The notes under the pieces: generated by a model
Seen by the model: the letters and a program-made list of their open reading frames with translations, nothing else
The model's database searches: none
Told to the model about the DNA's origin: nothing
Program-made: the position numbers and the translations under genes
In this document: piece after piece, positions 1-9,948 of the stretch
How positions within the stretch are numbered: position 1 is the first letter of the stretch
Layout: every line of letters begins with the position of its first letter
Source of the DNA: an uncultured Nitrososphaerota archaeon
GTDB lineage: Archaea; Thermoproteota; EX4484-205; JAAOZP01
Length of the DNA: 64,000 bases
Assembly: GCA_964416155.1 (NCBI GenBank)
Contig: CAYQCW010000003.1
Coordinates: 151,336-215,335, forward strand
Direction: 5' to 3'

Positions 1-84
1 CCGGGATTTGAACCCGGGTTACCAGCGCTCGGCCGCGAAAGACGATGGCAGGCTGATGTCCTGGCCAGACTAGACGAACGCCGC
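1..84 (-). tRNA. tRNA-Gly(GCC), 3' acceptor strand cut off by the window start; ~18-nt intron next to the anticodon loop
   Basis: Reverse complement reads GCGGCGT..TCAGC-CTGCCAT-[intron]-GCTGG..CCGGGTTCAAATCCCGG. The T-arm CCGGG/CCCGG lies at nt 1-18. Anticodon loop is CTGCCAT (GCC). Folded by eye. Confidence 0.7.
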
Positions 85-378
85 TACTCAATTCATAAGG
101 AATGGCGGTTAAAAAGTTTTACTCCCTAATCCCTGCTTTAATTCCTCTCGTTACATTCATTCATCGATTTTATCAGGCGAAGCCTCTCTATGTGCCTCGG
201 CTTCTTCAACCCCATCTTCTCTGCGAATTTCAGACGAGTCTCTCCATGAATAGAATCCAAACTCTGTGAACATTTATCTTATCCCATAACTCTCTTTAGA
301 TGCCGAGTATACATGAATAACATATTCTTATCAACCTTGGGAAATAATACTTATAAGAATAGGACGTGTAGCAGGAGT

Positions 379-654
379 ATGGTTGACAAAATACATTGTG
401 CTCATATTCTTGTTAAGACGGAGCAGGAGGCCAAGGAGGTTCTTGAACAGTTGAAGAAGGGGATGAGCTTCTCTAAGCTGGCCGCTGAGAAATCGCTGTG
501 TCCCTCCAGGAAAAAAGGCGGAGACTTAGGGTTCTTTGGAAGAGGGCAGATGGTGCGCGAGTTTGAAACAGCCGCTTTCGCGTTGAAAAAAGGCGAGGTT
601 TCCCAGCCGGTGAAGACGAGGTTTGGCTGGCATATAATAAAAAGGCTGGAGTAA
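379..654 (+). CDS. Parvulin-type peptidyl-prolyl cis-trans isomerase (PpiC family)
   Basis: ~92-aa rotamase domain (HILVK...[13 protein letters not shown]...GWHIIK). An internal ATG at 379 is preceded by GGAG. The longer ORF from 313 has an implausible N-terminus. Confidence 0.7.
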   Translation: MVDKIHCAHILVKTEQEAKEVLEQLKKGMSFSKLAAEKSLCPSRKKGGDLGFFGRGQMVREFETAAFALKKGEVSQPVKTRFGWHIIKRLE

Positions 655-721
655 GATTATGGAGGAGCTGCTCTCAATCCGTCTTTTACAGCAGAATTGG
701 AAAACCTTTAGACTTATATAG

Positions 722-1330
722 TTGGAATTTATTCCCGGGCTAATGGGTTTAACACCGCTCTTAGCCTCCTTCCTGCTGGTAGTAGTTGCAGAGCTGGGGG
801 ACAAGACGCAGATCGCTGTCATAACCTTATCGGCCCATCATAATGCTTTTCTCGTCTTCACCAGTGGGATTTTGGCTTTACTGCTGGTTTCAGGTTTGGG
901 CGTGGTCATCGGGGAAACGTTGACCAAGATTATCCCTCCGCCTATGATACACGTCTCGTCGGCAATCCTATTCCTAGCTTTCGGCGCCTACACTATCCTA
1001 TTAGCTGGAAAAAAGGAGGAGCATGTTGAGAGGTTTGGCTCAAAGTCTGTAGCCTTATCCGTCTTCTCAATGGTCGCCCTGATGGAGCTTGGGGATAAGA
1101 CGCAGCTGGCGGTGATAGCGCTTGCAGCAGAGTATGGTGCACCCCTTCTAGTTTATGTTGGAGTAGCATTGGCTTTCATAGCCATAACTGGGCTGGGAGT
1201 TGTAATAGGCTGTAAGCTTCTGAGACTCATACCTCTGAGACTCGTCAAGCTTGGAAGCGGAGTAGTCTTCATACTGTTTGGAATAGTTTTCCTTCTGAAT
1301 GCCTTTTTGCCTGGTTTCCTTAGCGTCTAA
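722..1330 (+). CDS. UPF0016 (GDT1/TMEM165) family cation transporter
   Basis: Two internal repeats each carry the E-x-G-D-K-T motif (AELGDKTQ, MELGDKTQ). ~6 TM segments. TTG start at 722, alternative ATG at 743. Confidence 0.75.
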   Translation: MEFIPGLMGLTPLLASFLLVVVAELGDKTQIAVITLSAHHNAFLVFTSGILALLLVSGLGVVIGETLTKIIPPPMIHVSSAILFLAFGAYTILLAGKKEEHVERFGSKSVALSVFSMVALMELGDKTQLAVIALAAEYGAPLLVYVGVALAFIAITGLGVVIGCKLLRLIPLRLVKLGSGVVFILFGIVFLLNAFLPGFLSV

Positions 1331-2285
1331 CTATCTTCGGTTCCACACCGTCAGCTATTAGCTTTTTCATATATTTCAACGCTGCCTTAACATGTCTATC
1401 CACCACATCGATCCCTTGATACTCGTGGTTCTCCAGCACAGGAGAGCATTCCTCGGAGGAAATAAACCCGTCGTAGCCTATTCTTTTAAGCTCCCTTATA
1501 AACGCGGGGTAGTTCACATACTGTTCTCCAATAAGTTGGCTACGCTTCATAATGATTTCTCCAGAAGGAGATTCGTCGAACGAGGATGAGCCGTAGTGGG
1601 AGAGAACTATCCCGATCTCTCTGCATGATTCGACAGCCTCACGAATATATTCGTCACTCTGCTTAGTGAAAAGAGGGGCGTCCAGACATAGTTTCACATT
1701 ATTCATGCCGGTTTCCTTAACCATTTGAAGCGCGTCCTCATATCCGAGCCTTATTACCGGCGGATGGTTTTGCAGCGCGATTACGATTCCATAGTCATCA
1801 GCCCATTTAGCCGCATCCCGAATCCCCTGTATAGCCCACCTCCACATTTTATCTCCGGTTGCAAACATGCTCTTAAAGTCGAAAAGCCTGTATCCAAAAT
1901 CGTAAGTTCCCAGTTCGTCATACCTAGAGGTGCCTGGCCAAGCTGCGAAAACCTTCACTATGTTCGTGTTCAAGTCTGCTGCAAGCCCTATGGATTCTTT
2001 CACCATGCAGAGATTGTTTTCCCGTTCCTCAATAATTGGGCTGGCAAAGTTTGACATGGTTTCAACGGCAGCGATCGCAATACCGTGGGAGCAAGCCAAC
2101 TCCACTACTTCTTTTCTTGCAGACCGATCTAAGTCGCAGGGTAGCGCTACTGGCCTTTTAGTCTCTATCGTTATGCCGTCGAAACCCAGTTCTTTCGCTT
2201 TCTCAAGCTGTTCCTTCAGCGATAAAGCTTCTCCTTTGTACCAAAGGCCACAATATGTTACTGTAAACAAAGCTGTTTTAATCAT
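1320..2285 (-). CDS. Sugar phosphate isomerase/epimerase (xylose isomerase-like TIM barrel)
   Basis: 321-aa ORF with the typical AP-endonuclease-2/TIM-barrel layout. Good codon periodicity. Confidence 0.6.
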   Translation of the reverse strand: MIKTALFTVTYCGLWYKGEALSLKEQLEKAKELGFDGITIETKRPVALPCDLDRSARKEVVELACSHGIAIAAVETMSNFASPIIEERENNLCMVKESIGLAADLNTNIVKVFAAWPGTSRYDELGTYDFGYRLFDFKSMFATGDKMWRWAIQGIRDAAKWADDYGIVIALQNHPPVIRLGYEDALQMVKETGMNNVKLCLDAPLFTKQSDEYIREAVESCREIGIVLSHYGSSSFDESPSGEIIMKRSQLIGEQYVNYPAFIRELKRIGYDGFISSEECSPVLENHEYQGIDVVDRHVKAALKYMKKLIADGVEPKIVRR

Positions 2286-2429
2286 CCACTATTAAATTCC
2301 AAATCCTTTATTTAAGTTTTCAGACTCACGTCTCCATAAGCACCGGTTGCAATCCACATGCCATAAAGGCTTTTTAAGCAGCACACAAGAATAGTAAGAC
2401 ACGTATAAATGCTGGTTTAATTCTGAAAT

Positions 2430-2935
2430 TTATACGTTGTTTTTGTTTTCACGAACCAGCCTTTTATAACCCCATGTTGCCACTATCCCTGTCACGAAGA
2501 GGATGTTCAGAATTAACAGATAAAGACCGCCTAGCGTAGTTTCAAGTGTTGGAAACATGAAGAAAGATAAGTTGTTCATTGTGTGCAATAGCATCATGGC
2601 TAAGATGTGCCACCAGTATTGTTGTACACCCAAGTGAACAGTATTGTTCCGCAGAGTATTAGTATCATGAAGCCCCAGACTGGAGTTTGAGACTGAATCG
2701 AACCAGATATTAAGAATAAGGGTAGGTGCCAAGCTCCCCATATGACTCCAAGCACCAGCCTTGAGACAAGTAGGCCGAAAGCAGCTGGGTTAAAAGGGCC
2801 GAATAGGAACTCGGTGAAAATAGAGGGGACTTGTAGTGAACCGGTTGAAACTAAGGCTTGAGGAATCCAGAACAACCATGAGAAAGCGAAGGCGATTAAG
2901 AAATATAACCATAAGCTGCGGTTCGAGTTCATCAT
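2430..2935 (-). pseudogene. CPBP (CAAX protease / Abi) family intramembrane metalloprotease, frameshifted
   Basis: N-terminal part (2600..2935) carries an EFLFG..WGAWH motif. C-terminal part (2430..2741) carries HTMNN (the HxxxN motif) in a different frame. The two overlap by ~140 nt. Confidence 0.5.
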
Positions 2936-3082
2936 GTCTCATTTTCAGGCACGGCCTCTTAGGAGTATTTAACCCTTGCTTTTAGTTAGCGATAGTTACC
3001 GATATTGGTATACAAACAAACGATTTTAAATGTGCTAAAAATGTTTCCTACTGCCCGTTCGATGCGTGCACTGCTTGGGAGT

Positions 3083-5512
3083 TTAAACCGTGCTTGAAGC
3101 AACCCATACTAGGGCGACTAGCTGAACATGAATATTCGTTTTGCTTGCTGCATACCACATGGTTTCAAAAGTTTCGGTGAGAGGGTTGGTTTTTGCTTCT
3201 ATAGCACTGACTTCAGCTTGGAACTGTGCTTCGAGTTTTTCCCGCTCCTGCTGCAGGGCTTTCAAGTTCTCCTCTGCTTTCTCCTTATCCCTCCTTTCTT
3301 TCATAGTGCGCGATATTTCTCTCGTCGCCCTTGTAGCGCGGGTGCTTGACTTTCTTCCTAGGAACGAGCCTAAAATGGTTTCGCCTAAGGATACTGCAGT
3401 CTCGTATTCCCTGCTTTTAGCCTGTGCTTGCTGTTCCTCCAAGGTCATTTTTGCCCGTCTTATCTGCTCATCTAGCCTAGCGAAGGCTGCAGCATATTTT
3501 TGCCGAAGCTTTTCAACCTGCTGGTCACGCTTTTCTCTAGCTATTTGTTGAAGCCTAATCCTGAAGTCACGTTCAGTTTCTCCAGGCCTCGACAGTTCGT
3601 TGAGAGAAGGACTTCTGAACAGCTGGAGCTTCTGAGCTCTTAAAAGCCAGTTTGAAAAGTCTTTCCCCCAATAAACATAGTTTTTCGGATTCATGGCAGC
3701 TGGAGGAAGATCAGCATATGGTAAATCCTCCGGCGGCTCGTCTAGAAGATCCGAGACCTTCACGTCTACTTCTTCAGCCTCATCCCAATTGACAGGCACC
3801 GGTTTTTCGCTGACAGGGGTGATGAAAACCTTCTCCACCGTCATGTAAATCCCCTCTTTCGGCACTGAGTATTGTATTCGTGCAGCCCCAACCAGCATAG
3901 GTTTATAAGTCGGGTTCGGTTGTTTCCCCACATCCTTTTTGAAAGGCATATAGTATTCTCTTATGCCAGGCGGTATGACAGGTTTCTCACTGGTTATCGT
4001 TAATGCCGCTGGAGTAGACGGGGCCATTGTAGGAGGTGGAACGGGAGTAGCCTGTAAGGCAACTACTTTTTCCTGCTGTCTTTTCATCGGCTCAGCCAGC
4101 ACTTTGATTTGTTCTCTTGTTAGAGGACCCCGCAGATAGGACATTGCCCACCTTGTTTCGAAAACCACGGGCGCATCTTCACGCACATTATTCATGAGAA
4201 ATATTCGTTTCCCCAAGCCGGACAGAACCTTGTCGAAATACTGCCGGCTGAACTGTTTCTGACTTGTCAACGCGACGCCTTCAAGCCCGTCTAACACCCG
4301 TTCCTTATCCCGTTCAGTCTGAAGCCGCCCGAGAAACCACGTGCCCGCGTTAGAAAGCGCCTTATAGTCTAAGTCAATTGGGTTCTGCGTCGCCAACACT
4401 ACGCCCAGCCCGAAGGCACGGGCCTGCTTCAGAAGGGTTATAAGAGGGAGTTTCGAGGGAGGGTTAGCCACAGGCGGGAGAAAACCGAAAACCTCGTCGA
4501 TGTAAAGTATGGCGCGTAAACTCGTGGTGCCGGACTGAGTTCGCATCCAACCCACTATCTGGTTAAGGAGAAGAGAGACGAAGAACATTCGTTGAGCATC
4601 ATTCAAGTGGGCAATGTAAAAAATCGTTATCCTCGGCTTACCACTTGGAGAGTAAAGAAGCTGGTTTACATCCAACGGGTCTCCTTCAAGCCACAGGCTG
4701 AAGCCCGGTGCAGCGAGAAGATTATTCAGCCGCATGACTAGTTCGAAACGGTCTTTCATCGGGTAGAATGATTCCAGGTCGAGAACTCCGATACGCTTCA
4801 AAGGCGGGGACTGAATGAGTTGAATCAAGCGTCCTAGATCCAGGTCTTCACCCCTCCGCCAGCATTGCGCAAGAATATTGGATATCAAAATATGCTCCCT
4901 TGATTTAATCGGGTCAGCCTCAATCCCTAGAAGTGAGAGTAGGCTTGTAGCTGTTGTGTTTATTCTTTCCTGCAGGAGCTCTTCATCCTGAATGATTTCA
5001 GGAGGGGGTGCTGCAAAAGACTTCAGAATTGAAATCTGCAGTCCTGCATTACTCCCAGGAGTGTAAACGAGGAATTCAGCTGAATCACGAAGCCTCTTAA
5101 TACGGCTTCCATCCTGACCCCATTTTTGCAAGCCCTCCCTCCATAAAGCAGCCTGCTGCGCAGCAAACTCCTCCGGGGAAAACCCCTTTTTCAGCGCGTC
5201 CTCCTCGTTTATCCAAGGCAAAAAATTCTGGCCCTGCAGCCCGGGAAAAGTGAGAAGCAGGTTCACAACATCCCCCTTCGGGTCGATTAAAATAGCTGGG
5301 ACACCGTCAATCGCAGCCTCTTCGATAAGGGAAACGCATAATCCTGTTTTCCCGCTCCCGGTCATGCCGATGCATACTGCATGCGTAACAAGATCCTTAG
5401 AGTCGTAAAGCAATAACTCGTTCAAAGGAGACTTCTTCTCAATATCGTAAAGACGACCCAGGTAGAATACCCCGAGCTTCTCAAAACTCTGCATTCTAAT
5501 CCTACTCCTCAA
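3083..5512 (-). CDS. HerA/FtsK-superfamily P-loop NTPase (DUF87/DUF853-like) with a long C-terminal coiled-coil and a hydrophobic C-terminus
   Basis: Walker A GMTGSGKTG and Walker B ILYIDEV. An ATQNP...D motif typical of HerA/TraD-like ATPases. ~150-aa charged coiled-coil tail. Confidence 0.6.
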   Translation of the reverse strand: MRSRIRMQSFEKLGVFYLGRLYDIEKKSPLNELLLYDSKDLVTHAVCIGMTGSGKTGLCVSLIEEAAIDGVPAILIDPKGDVVNLLLTFPGLQGQNFLPWINEEDALKKGFSPEEFAAQQAALWREGLQKWGQDGSRIKRLRDSAEFLVYTPGSNAGLQISILKSFAAPPPEIIQDEELLQERINTTATSLLSLLGIEADPIKSREHILISNILAQCWRRGEDLDLGRLIQLIQSPPLKRIGVLDLESFYPMKDRFELVMRLNNLLAAPGFSLWLEGDPLDVNQLLYSPSGKPRITIFYIAHLNDAQRMFFVSLLLNQIVGWMRTQSGTTSLRAILYIDEVFGFLPPVANPPSKLPLITLLKQARAFGLGVVLATQNPIDLDYKALSNAGTWFLGRLQTERDKERVLDGLEGVALTSQKQFSRQYFDKVLSGLGKRIFLMNNVREDAPVVFETRWAMSYLRGPLTREQIKVLAEPMKRQQEKVVALQATPVPPPTMAPSTPAALTITSEKPVIPPGIREYYMPFKKDVGKQPNPTYKPMLVGAARIQYSVPKEGIYMTVEKVFITPVSEKPVPVNWDEAEEVDVKVSDLLDEPPEDLPYADLPPAAMNPKNYVYWGKDFSNWLLRAQKLQLFRSPSLNELSRPGETERDFRIRLQQIAREKRDQQVEKLRQKYAAAFARLDEQIRRAKMTLEEQQAQAKSREYETAVSLGETILGSFLGRKSSTRATRATREISRTMKERRDKEKAEENLKALQQEREKLEAQFQAEVSAIEAKTNPLTETFETMWYAASKTNIHVQLVALVWVASSTV

Positions 5513-5609
5513 GAATAAGGAAGAAGCTACACTTATTAAAGTTATAGGCTGAGGAAAGCAGCTTTAAACAATCACTCAACCATAGCAGTGGCAAACCCGT
5601 AAAAGAAAG

Positions 5610-5726
5610 TGCGGAGGGAGGGATTTGAACCCTCGAACCCCTTCGGGACTGGATCTCTCCCTGGGACTGATCTTAAGTCCAGCGCCTTTAGTCTAGCCCC
5701 GTTTGACCAGGCTCGGCAACCTCCGC
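5610..5726 (-). tRNA. tRNA-Leu(TAA) with a ~17-nt anticodon-loop intron and a probable ~15-nt D-loop insertion
   Basis: GCGGAGG..CTGGA-CTTAAG|intron|A-TCCAG, long variable arm TCCCGAAGGGG, T-arm GAGGGTTCAAATCCCTC, 3' CCTCCGC-A. The D-arm is 15 nt longer than in canonical Leu. Confidence 0.75.
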
Positions 5727-5865
5727 CTGTTACTCGTGCCGAATAATGTTTTTCAAGGCTGATTTTTAAGACTTTTGGATTACGCTCAGAGAGCAGCGCT
5801 ATGGTTTTCATCTGATACCTACATAAAAGATTTGAATCGACCCCTATGTCAAATCCCTGAGAGAA

Positions 5866-5875
5866 ACTATAAAAA
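5866..5875 (+). promoter_or_regulatory. TATA box for the tRNA-Arg gene
   Basis: CTATAAAAAG sits ~25-30 nt upstream of the tRNA 5' end at 5899. Confidence 0.45.
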
Positions 5876-5898
5876 GAGCCGTAGAGCAAAAAATTCTC

Positions 5899-5974
5899 GG
5901 GCCCGTCGCCTAACCTGGATATGGCGGCAGCCTCCTAAGCTGTAATGATCTGGGTTCAAATCCCAGCGGGCCCG
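5899..5974 (+). tRNA. tRNA-Arg(CCT), intron-less
   Basis: GGGCCCG...GCAGC-CTCCTAA-GCTGT...CTGGGTTCAAATCCCAG-CGGGCCC-G, 76 nt. A T-rich tract follows. Confidence 0.85.
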
Positions 5975-6373
5975 ATTTCTCTCTATCTAAGTTTCTGCGT
6001 ACTCTATTCAAGTTGAAGAGAAGGGTTGGCGGTTGGCGAATTCGTGAAGGAAAACAAGGTTGAAGTCCGTGTGGGAGACAACATGATGGCTCTAATAGCG
6101 GCTGAAAACCAAGGAATCTTGGAAAGCATCTCCATGGGGAAATGCTCTTTAAGCGGAAAAGTGATACGTAGGTCAGAGTTCTACTAGATAAAGACATCGG
6201 GTATTCCCCGCTTATGTCCGTAAGAATAAGTTTGGTAAACAGGGGTTTGAAAGAGGCGCCGTGCATGTGAATTGTAATTCCTGCAACAGGCACAAGTATG
6301 AGGAGTGCGTGATGCCCAGCCACCGAGTGTTATCGCGGCAACTTTTAACCGTAATGGTGTTGATCCAGAGGAA

Positions 6374-7579
6374 CTATAGCTCGCTGGAATGGGTTTTGAT
6401 TTTAACTATGGCCTCCACTATATCATCCATGTCTTCTCTAGCCCCCAAGAATATTGATTGGGGCAATGTAACGGCTTCCTGAATAGCACTCTCTGCCACA
6501 GGATACTTTGGCTTTCTTATTATTCGCGGCCGAGTGCCATGAGCTGTTAGCGTCATGTTGAGAGGCGGATGGTCTATTCCGCCGCAGGGGACCCCTTCAG
6601 CCTTAAGAGCCTCCACGAATCTTTCAACAGAAACATTTCCAAAGCTTTTCGAGTCGTATTTAAACAGGTATGGCCAAGGCTGATGTCTGGTTAGTTTTTC
6701 ATCTATCTTAAGCGGAGCGACCCCCTCGATTTCCCTCAGCCTCCTGCTCAAGTATTCGCTGTTAGTCTGTCTGGTTTTCGTCTGCTCCTCAAGCCTTTCC
6801 AGCTGAACCAGCAGTATTGCTGCTTGAAACTGCGTCATCCTGAAATTCCACCAGTTCCACCAATAGTCAATCCCCACGTTGTACACATCGTCTCCTCTTA
6901 TTCTTCCACATGTTCTTAATGCTCTGCATCTCTCAGCGTAAAGCCTATTGCTAGTTACTATTATTCCTCCTTCCCCAGCAGCCATGAGTTTCCCCTGCTG
7001 GAAGCTGAAGCAGCCAATGTCTCCAATCGACCCCGCCGGCTTATTCCTCCACATGAAGCCGTGGGCTCTAGCGCAATCCTCTATTAACGCGATACTGTGT
7101 TTCTCCGCGATTTCCGAGAGCTTATCCATATCCGGAGCGTTCCCATAGTTGTAGACTGAGATTATGGCCTTGGTTCGACTCGTAATGCTGTTTTCAACCT
7201 CTTCAACGCTCATGCAATATGTCTCAGGATCAACATCCACTATGATTAGTTTTCCTCCAGTCATTAAGACCGCGCTCCCCGTCGCCCAGAACGTGAGCGC
7301 AGGCACTATCACTTCATCTCCGGGGCCCACTCCGATTGAGAGGAGAGCCAGGTGTAGGGCTTCTGTACCGCTTGAGACGCAAACCCCGTATTCGCAGCCG
7401 TGGAACCTGGAGAATTTTTCTTCAAACTCTTTTTCCTTTGGACCGCTCTCCTCAACTCCTCCTCCCCAAAACCTGCTTTTCAAGGTTTCCTCAAGAGCCT
7501 TCAGCTCCCTTTCGTCGTAGACTGGCCATGCTGGCCAAGGCTTGGTTCTAGTGGGTTTTCCCCCTTTTATCGCTAGCAT
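6374..7579 (-). CDS. DegT/DnrJ/EryC1/StrS-family PLP-dependent sugar aminotransferase
   Basis: 401-aa ORF. The conserved N-terminal core is GxELxxLxxVLxSxxWxxG. Length and organisation are typical. Confidence 0.7.
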   Translation of the reverse strand: MLAIKGGKPTRTKPWPAWPVYDERELKALEETLKSRFWGGGVEESGPKEKEFEEKFSRFHGCEYGVCVSSGTEALHLALLSIGVGPGDEVIVPALTFWATGSAVLMTGGKLIIVDVDPETYCMSVEEVENSITSRTKAIISVYNYGNAPDMDKLSEIAEKHSIALIEDCARAHGFMWRNKPAGSIGDIGCFSFQQGKLMAAGEGGIIVTSNRLYAERCRALRTCGRIRGDDVYNVGIDYWWNWWNFRMTQFQAAILLVQLERLEEQTKTRQTNSEYLSRRLREIEGVAPLKIDEKLTRHQPWPYLFKYDSKSFGNVSVERFVEALKAEGVPCGGIDHPPLNMTLTAHGTRPRIIRKPKYPVAESAIQEAVTLPQSIFLGAREDMDDIVEAIVKIKTHSSEL

Positions 7580-7644
7580 GAGGTATTTTTTCAGCGGTTC
7601 ATTTAAAGCTTACTAAGACAAGTAGATTAAAAACCTATGCGTTG

Positions 7645-8736
7645 TCAATCATGCGCGGCGAATCTGTTAAATGATTCTTTCTTCACAGCATCATAAATCG
7701 CCAATATGTTTTCTAACGGAGTGTCTGGCTGTAGAGAGTGCGACGGCCCCAAGATGAGCCCGGTTGATCCGAGTTCTCTGATTCTTTTTCTAACCTCTTT
7801 CCTCACATCCTCAACGTTCCCAAATGGAAGTGTTCTTTGTATTGAAAGCGTGCCTTCAAACGCCATCCTGTTTCCACATAGTCCTCTTATTCTCACGGGG
7901 TCCATGGTTTCTGGTTGAACCGGGTTAAGTATGTCAACGCCTATTTCAACCAAGTCTTGAATTATAGGCTCAATCCATCCGTCGCTATGGAAGAAGAAAT
8001 ACTTACCCTTGGAATGAATTAAATCAGACAGAAGGCAGTACCTAGGCTTGAGAAACTTTCTCCACATCGTGGGAGACAGTATCATGGTGTTCTGAGCACC
8101 CACATCGTCACCATCATAAATGACATCGACATTGGCTTCCAGCAATAATCGCGCCTGTTTCAAACGGATCTCGTTAAGCTCGTCGAGAACCCTCTCCACC
8201 CTAGGGTCGTTTCTACTCATCATCACCATGAGTTCGTTGAAACCTGTCAACTGCCAAGCGATTTCAAAAAGGTGGATCACGCCACCGTAGACGCAGAAGC
8301 TCTCATTTTTCATCCTGTATTGTTTTACAAGCTCGAAGCTTTCCTCGTTGACTTCAGGCCAAACATAGTCTTCAACATCTATGGTTCTAAGGGGATAATT
8401 GACATACTGATAAGTGTAGGTTTTACTTGACCACTTGCTTACTATCCCCCACCTGTCTTTCCTAAACTCGTATTCTCTGCTGCGTCCAACCGTGTAAGCA
8501 GCCTCATATGGCCCTTCCTTAACTTCAACTCCTTCAGGGATGTATCCACCGGTTAAGCCGATGGCTGGTGCAAACCTTACATCCACGTCGAGTTTGGAAC
8601 AGACATTGTCGAACCCGTTGACGTTGAAGTGTTCCTCCAGAAGGGAAATGACCTCCGGTCTTGCTCTAAGGACAGTTGGCACCCTGTCTATTTCCTCAAA
8701 CTCGATAGATTTGATGCACCTTTCTCTCGGATCCAT
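7645..8736 (-). CDS. Uroporphyrinogen-decarboxylase (URO-D/MtaA-like) family protein
   Basis: 363-aa ORF. The C-terminal GTxxEVxxEVxR..GxxGGFIL..xH is like URO-D family members. Confidence 0.5.
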   Translation of the reverse strand: MDPRERCIKSIEFEEIDRVPTVLRARPEVISLLEEHFNVNGFDNVCSKLDVDVRFAPAIGLTGGYIPEGVEVKEGPYEAAYTVGRSREYEFRKDRWGIVSKWSSKTYTYQYVNYPLRTIDVEDYVWPEVNEESFELVKQYRMKNESFCVYGGVIHLFEIAWQLTGFNELMVMMSRNDPRVERVLDELNEIRLKQARLLLEANVDVIYDGDDVGAQNTMILSPTMWRKFLKPRYCLLSDLIHSKGKYFFFHSDGWIEPIIQDLVEIGVDILNPVQPETMDPVRIRGLCGNRMAFEGTLSIQRTLPFGNVEDVRKEVRKRIRELGSTGLILGPSHSLQPDTPLENILAIYDAVKKESFNRFAAHD

Positions 8737-8844
8737 CCTGAGTTTTTCTGATTATGCTGGATTTAATCTTTTCAAAAGTGTTAAAACTAGACATTCCTGA
8801 TTCCGCATAACGTCGATCTAGTGAGTAAAGGACATTTAGGCTTG

Positions 8845-9861
8845 TTAGCTGATTTCAACAGGCATACCTATTTCGCTTGACTTGATGATGGCACTTATAA
8901 CTTTCGTTACGATAAGACCGTCTTCACCGGTTACGGGAGGTGTTGAATCATGTATCAAGCAGTCTACGAAGCATTCTAGTCCCGCTCTTAGAAACACGCT
9001 GATGTTTTCAGATGGTAAGACATACACGTCTGGAAACACAATTCTATGTTCATTCACAACCCTCACGCTGCCGTGATGCGTCCTATCTATTCTCACTGCA
9101 CCCTTTTCCCCGAAAATCTCCATTTTAAAATCCACTATGAACGGTTCTCCCTTCGGGAGAATCCAGCTGTTCTCCATTATGGCGGTGATTCCATTTTGAA
9201 ACTCGATTACAGCCTGGTAGAAGTCTTGGGTCTTGATTCCCCTTGCGTCCAGCACAATCGACCTTGAAACCCCGAAGACTCTTTTAGCCTCATCGTTAAA
9301 AAGCCATCTCAGTAGGTCGAAAACATGGCTTCCGAGAAACCAGAGAACATTAGTCTTATCAGACCATTTTATCATTTCGGTTGGAACATATATTGTGTCG
9401 CTCAGACGGGCATATGCATTAACGATTCTGCCAATTCCACCTGCTTCTATCGTGTCCTTAGCTAGCCTGAAGGGAGGACTCCACCTATTGCTGAAGTTAA
9501 CCATCAGCTTGAGGCCGCGTTTATTCGCCTCGTCAACTATCTTCTGGGCATCTTCAACGTTCGTCGCGAGAGGTTTTTCTATGAGCAGATGCTTATTGTT
9601 CCCAAGAGCTGTGAGCGCAGGCTCCGTATGCAGGTGGTCCGGCGTGCAGATGGAAACCGCCTCGACATCTGGATCCTTAGCAAGGTCTTGGAAATCAGCG
9701 TATATTCTCGGGACACCGTATTTTTCTCCAATCTCTCTAGCCCTTTTCTCATTCAGATCAGCGACCGCCAGAACCTCGGCATGCCCTATCGTTTTAAACG
9801 CTTTTAACTGCTGCTCACCCTGGATTCCAACACCGACAATTCCTATCTTAGCCTTTCTCAT
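8845..9861 (-). CDS. Gfo/Idh/MocA-family NAD(P)-dependent oxidoreductase
   Basis: N-terminal Rossmann fold KIGIVGVGIQG and an EKP motif (LLIEKPLA). Confidence 0.75.
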   Translation of the reverse strand: MRKAKIGIVGVGIQGEQQLKAFKTIGHAEVLAVADLNEKRAREIGEKYGVPRIYADFQDLAKDPDVEAVSICTPDHLHTEPALTALGNNKHLLIEKPLATNVEDAQKIVDEANKRGLKLMVNFSNRWSPPFRLAKDTIEAGGIGRIVNAYARLSDTIYVPTEMIKWSDKTNVLWFLGSHVFDLLRWLFNDEAKRVFGVSRSIVLDARGIKTQDFYQAVIEFQNGITAIMENSWILPKGEPFIVDFKMEIFGEKGAVRIDRTHHGSVRVVNEHRIVFPDVYVLPSENISVFLRAGLECFVDCLIHDSTPPVTGEDGLIVTKVISAIIKSSEIGMPVEIS

Positions 9862-9948
9862 GGAGTAAACCAGAGCTTAAAACCATAATAAAGCTTTTTT
9901 AATCAGCAGCCGTTTTAACACACTGCTTAACTCAGAACATGGGGCTTG

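Noticed and set aside
3128-3551. Plus-strand ORFs (73 and 136 aa) inside the HerA-like ATPase gene
   Set aside because: Antisense to a strongly supported 809-aa gene. Low-complexity Ser/Cys/Phe-rich translation is typical of antisense frames.
5572-6323. Two ORFs (105 and 137 aa) on the minus strand
   Set aside because: They lie over tRNA-Leu(TAA) and tRNA-Arg(CCT) and the GC-rich tRNA flanks, and show no coding periodicity. Artefacts of the six-frame call.
5980-6370. Possible C/D-box sRNA in the 390-bp gap after tRNA-Arg (ATGATGG ... CTGA ... TGATAC ... CTAC)
   Set aside because: The boxes deviate from the RUGAUGA/CUGA consensus and are spaced too far apart for a canonical C/D sRNA. Not supportable by eye.
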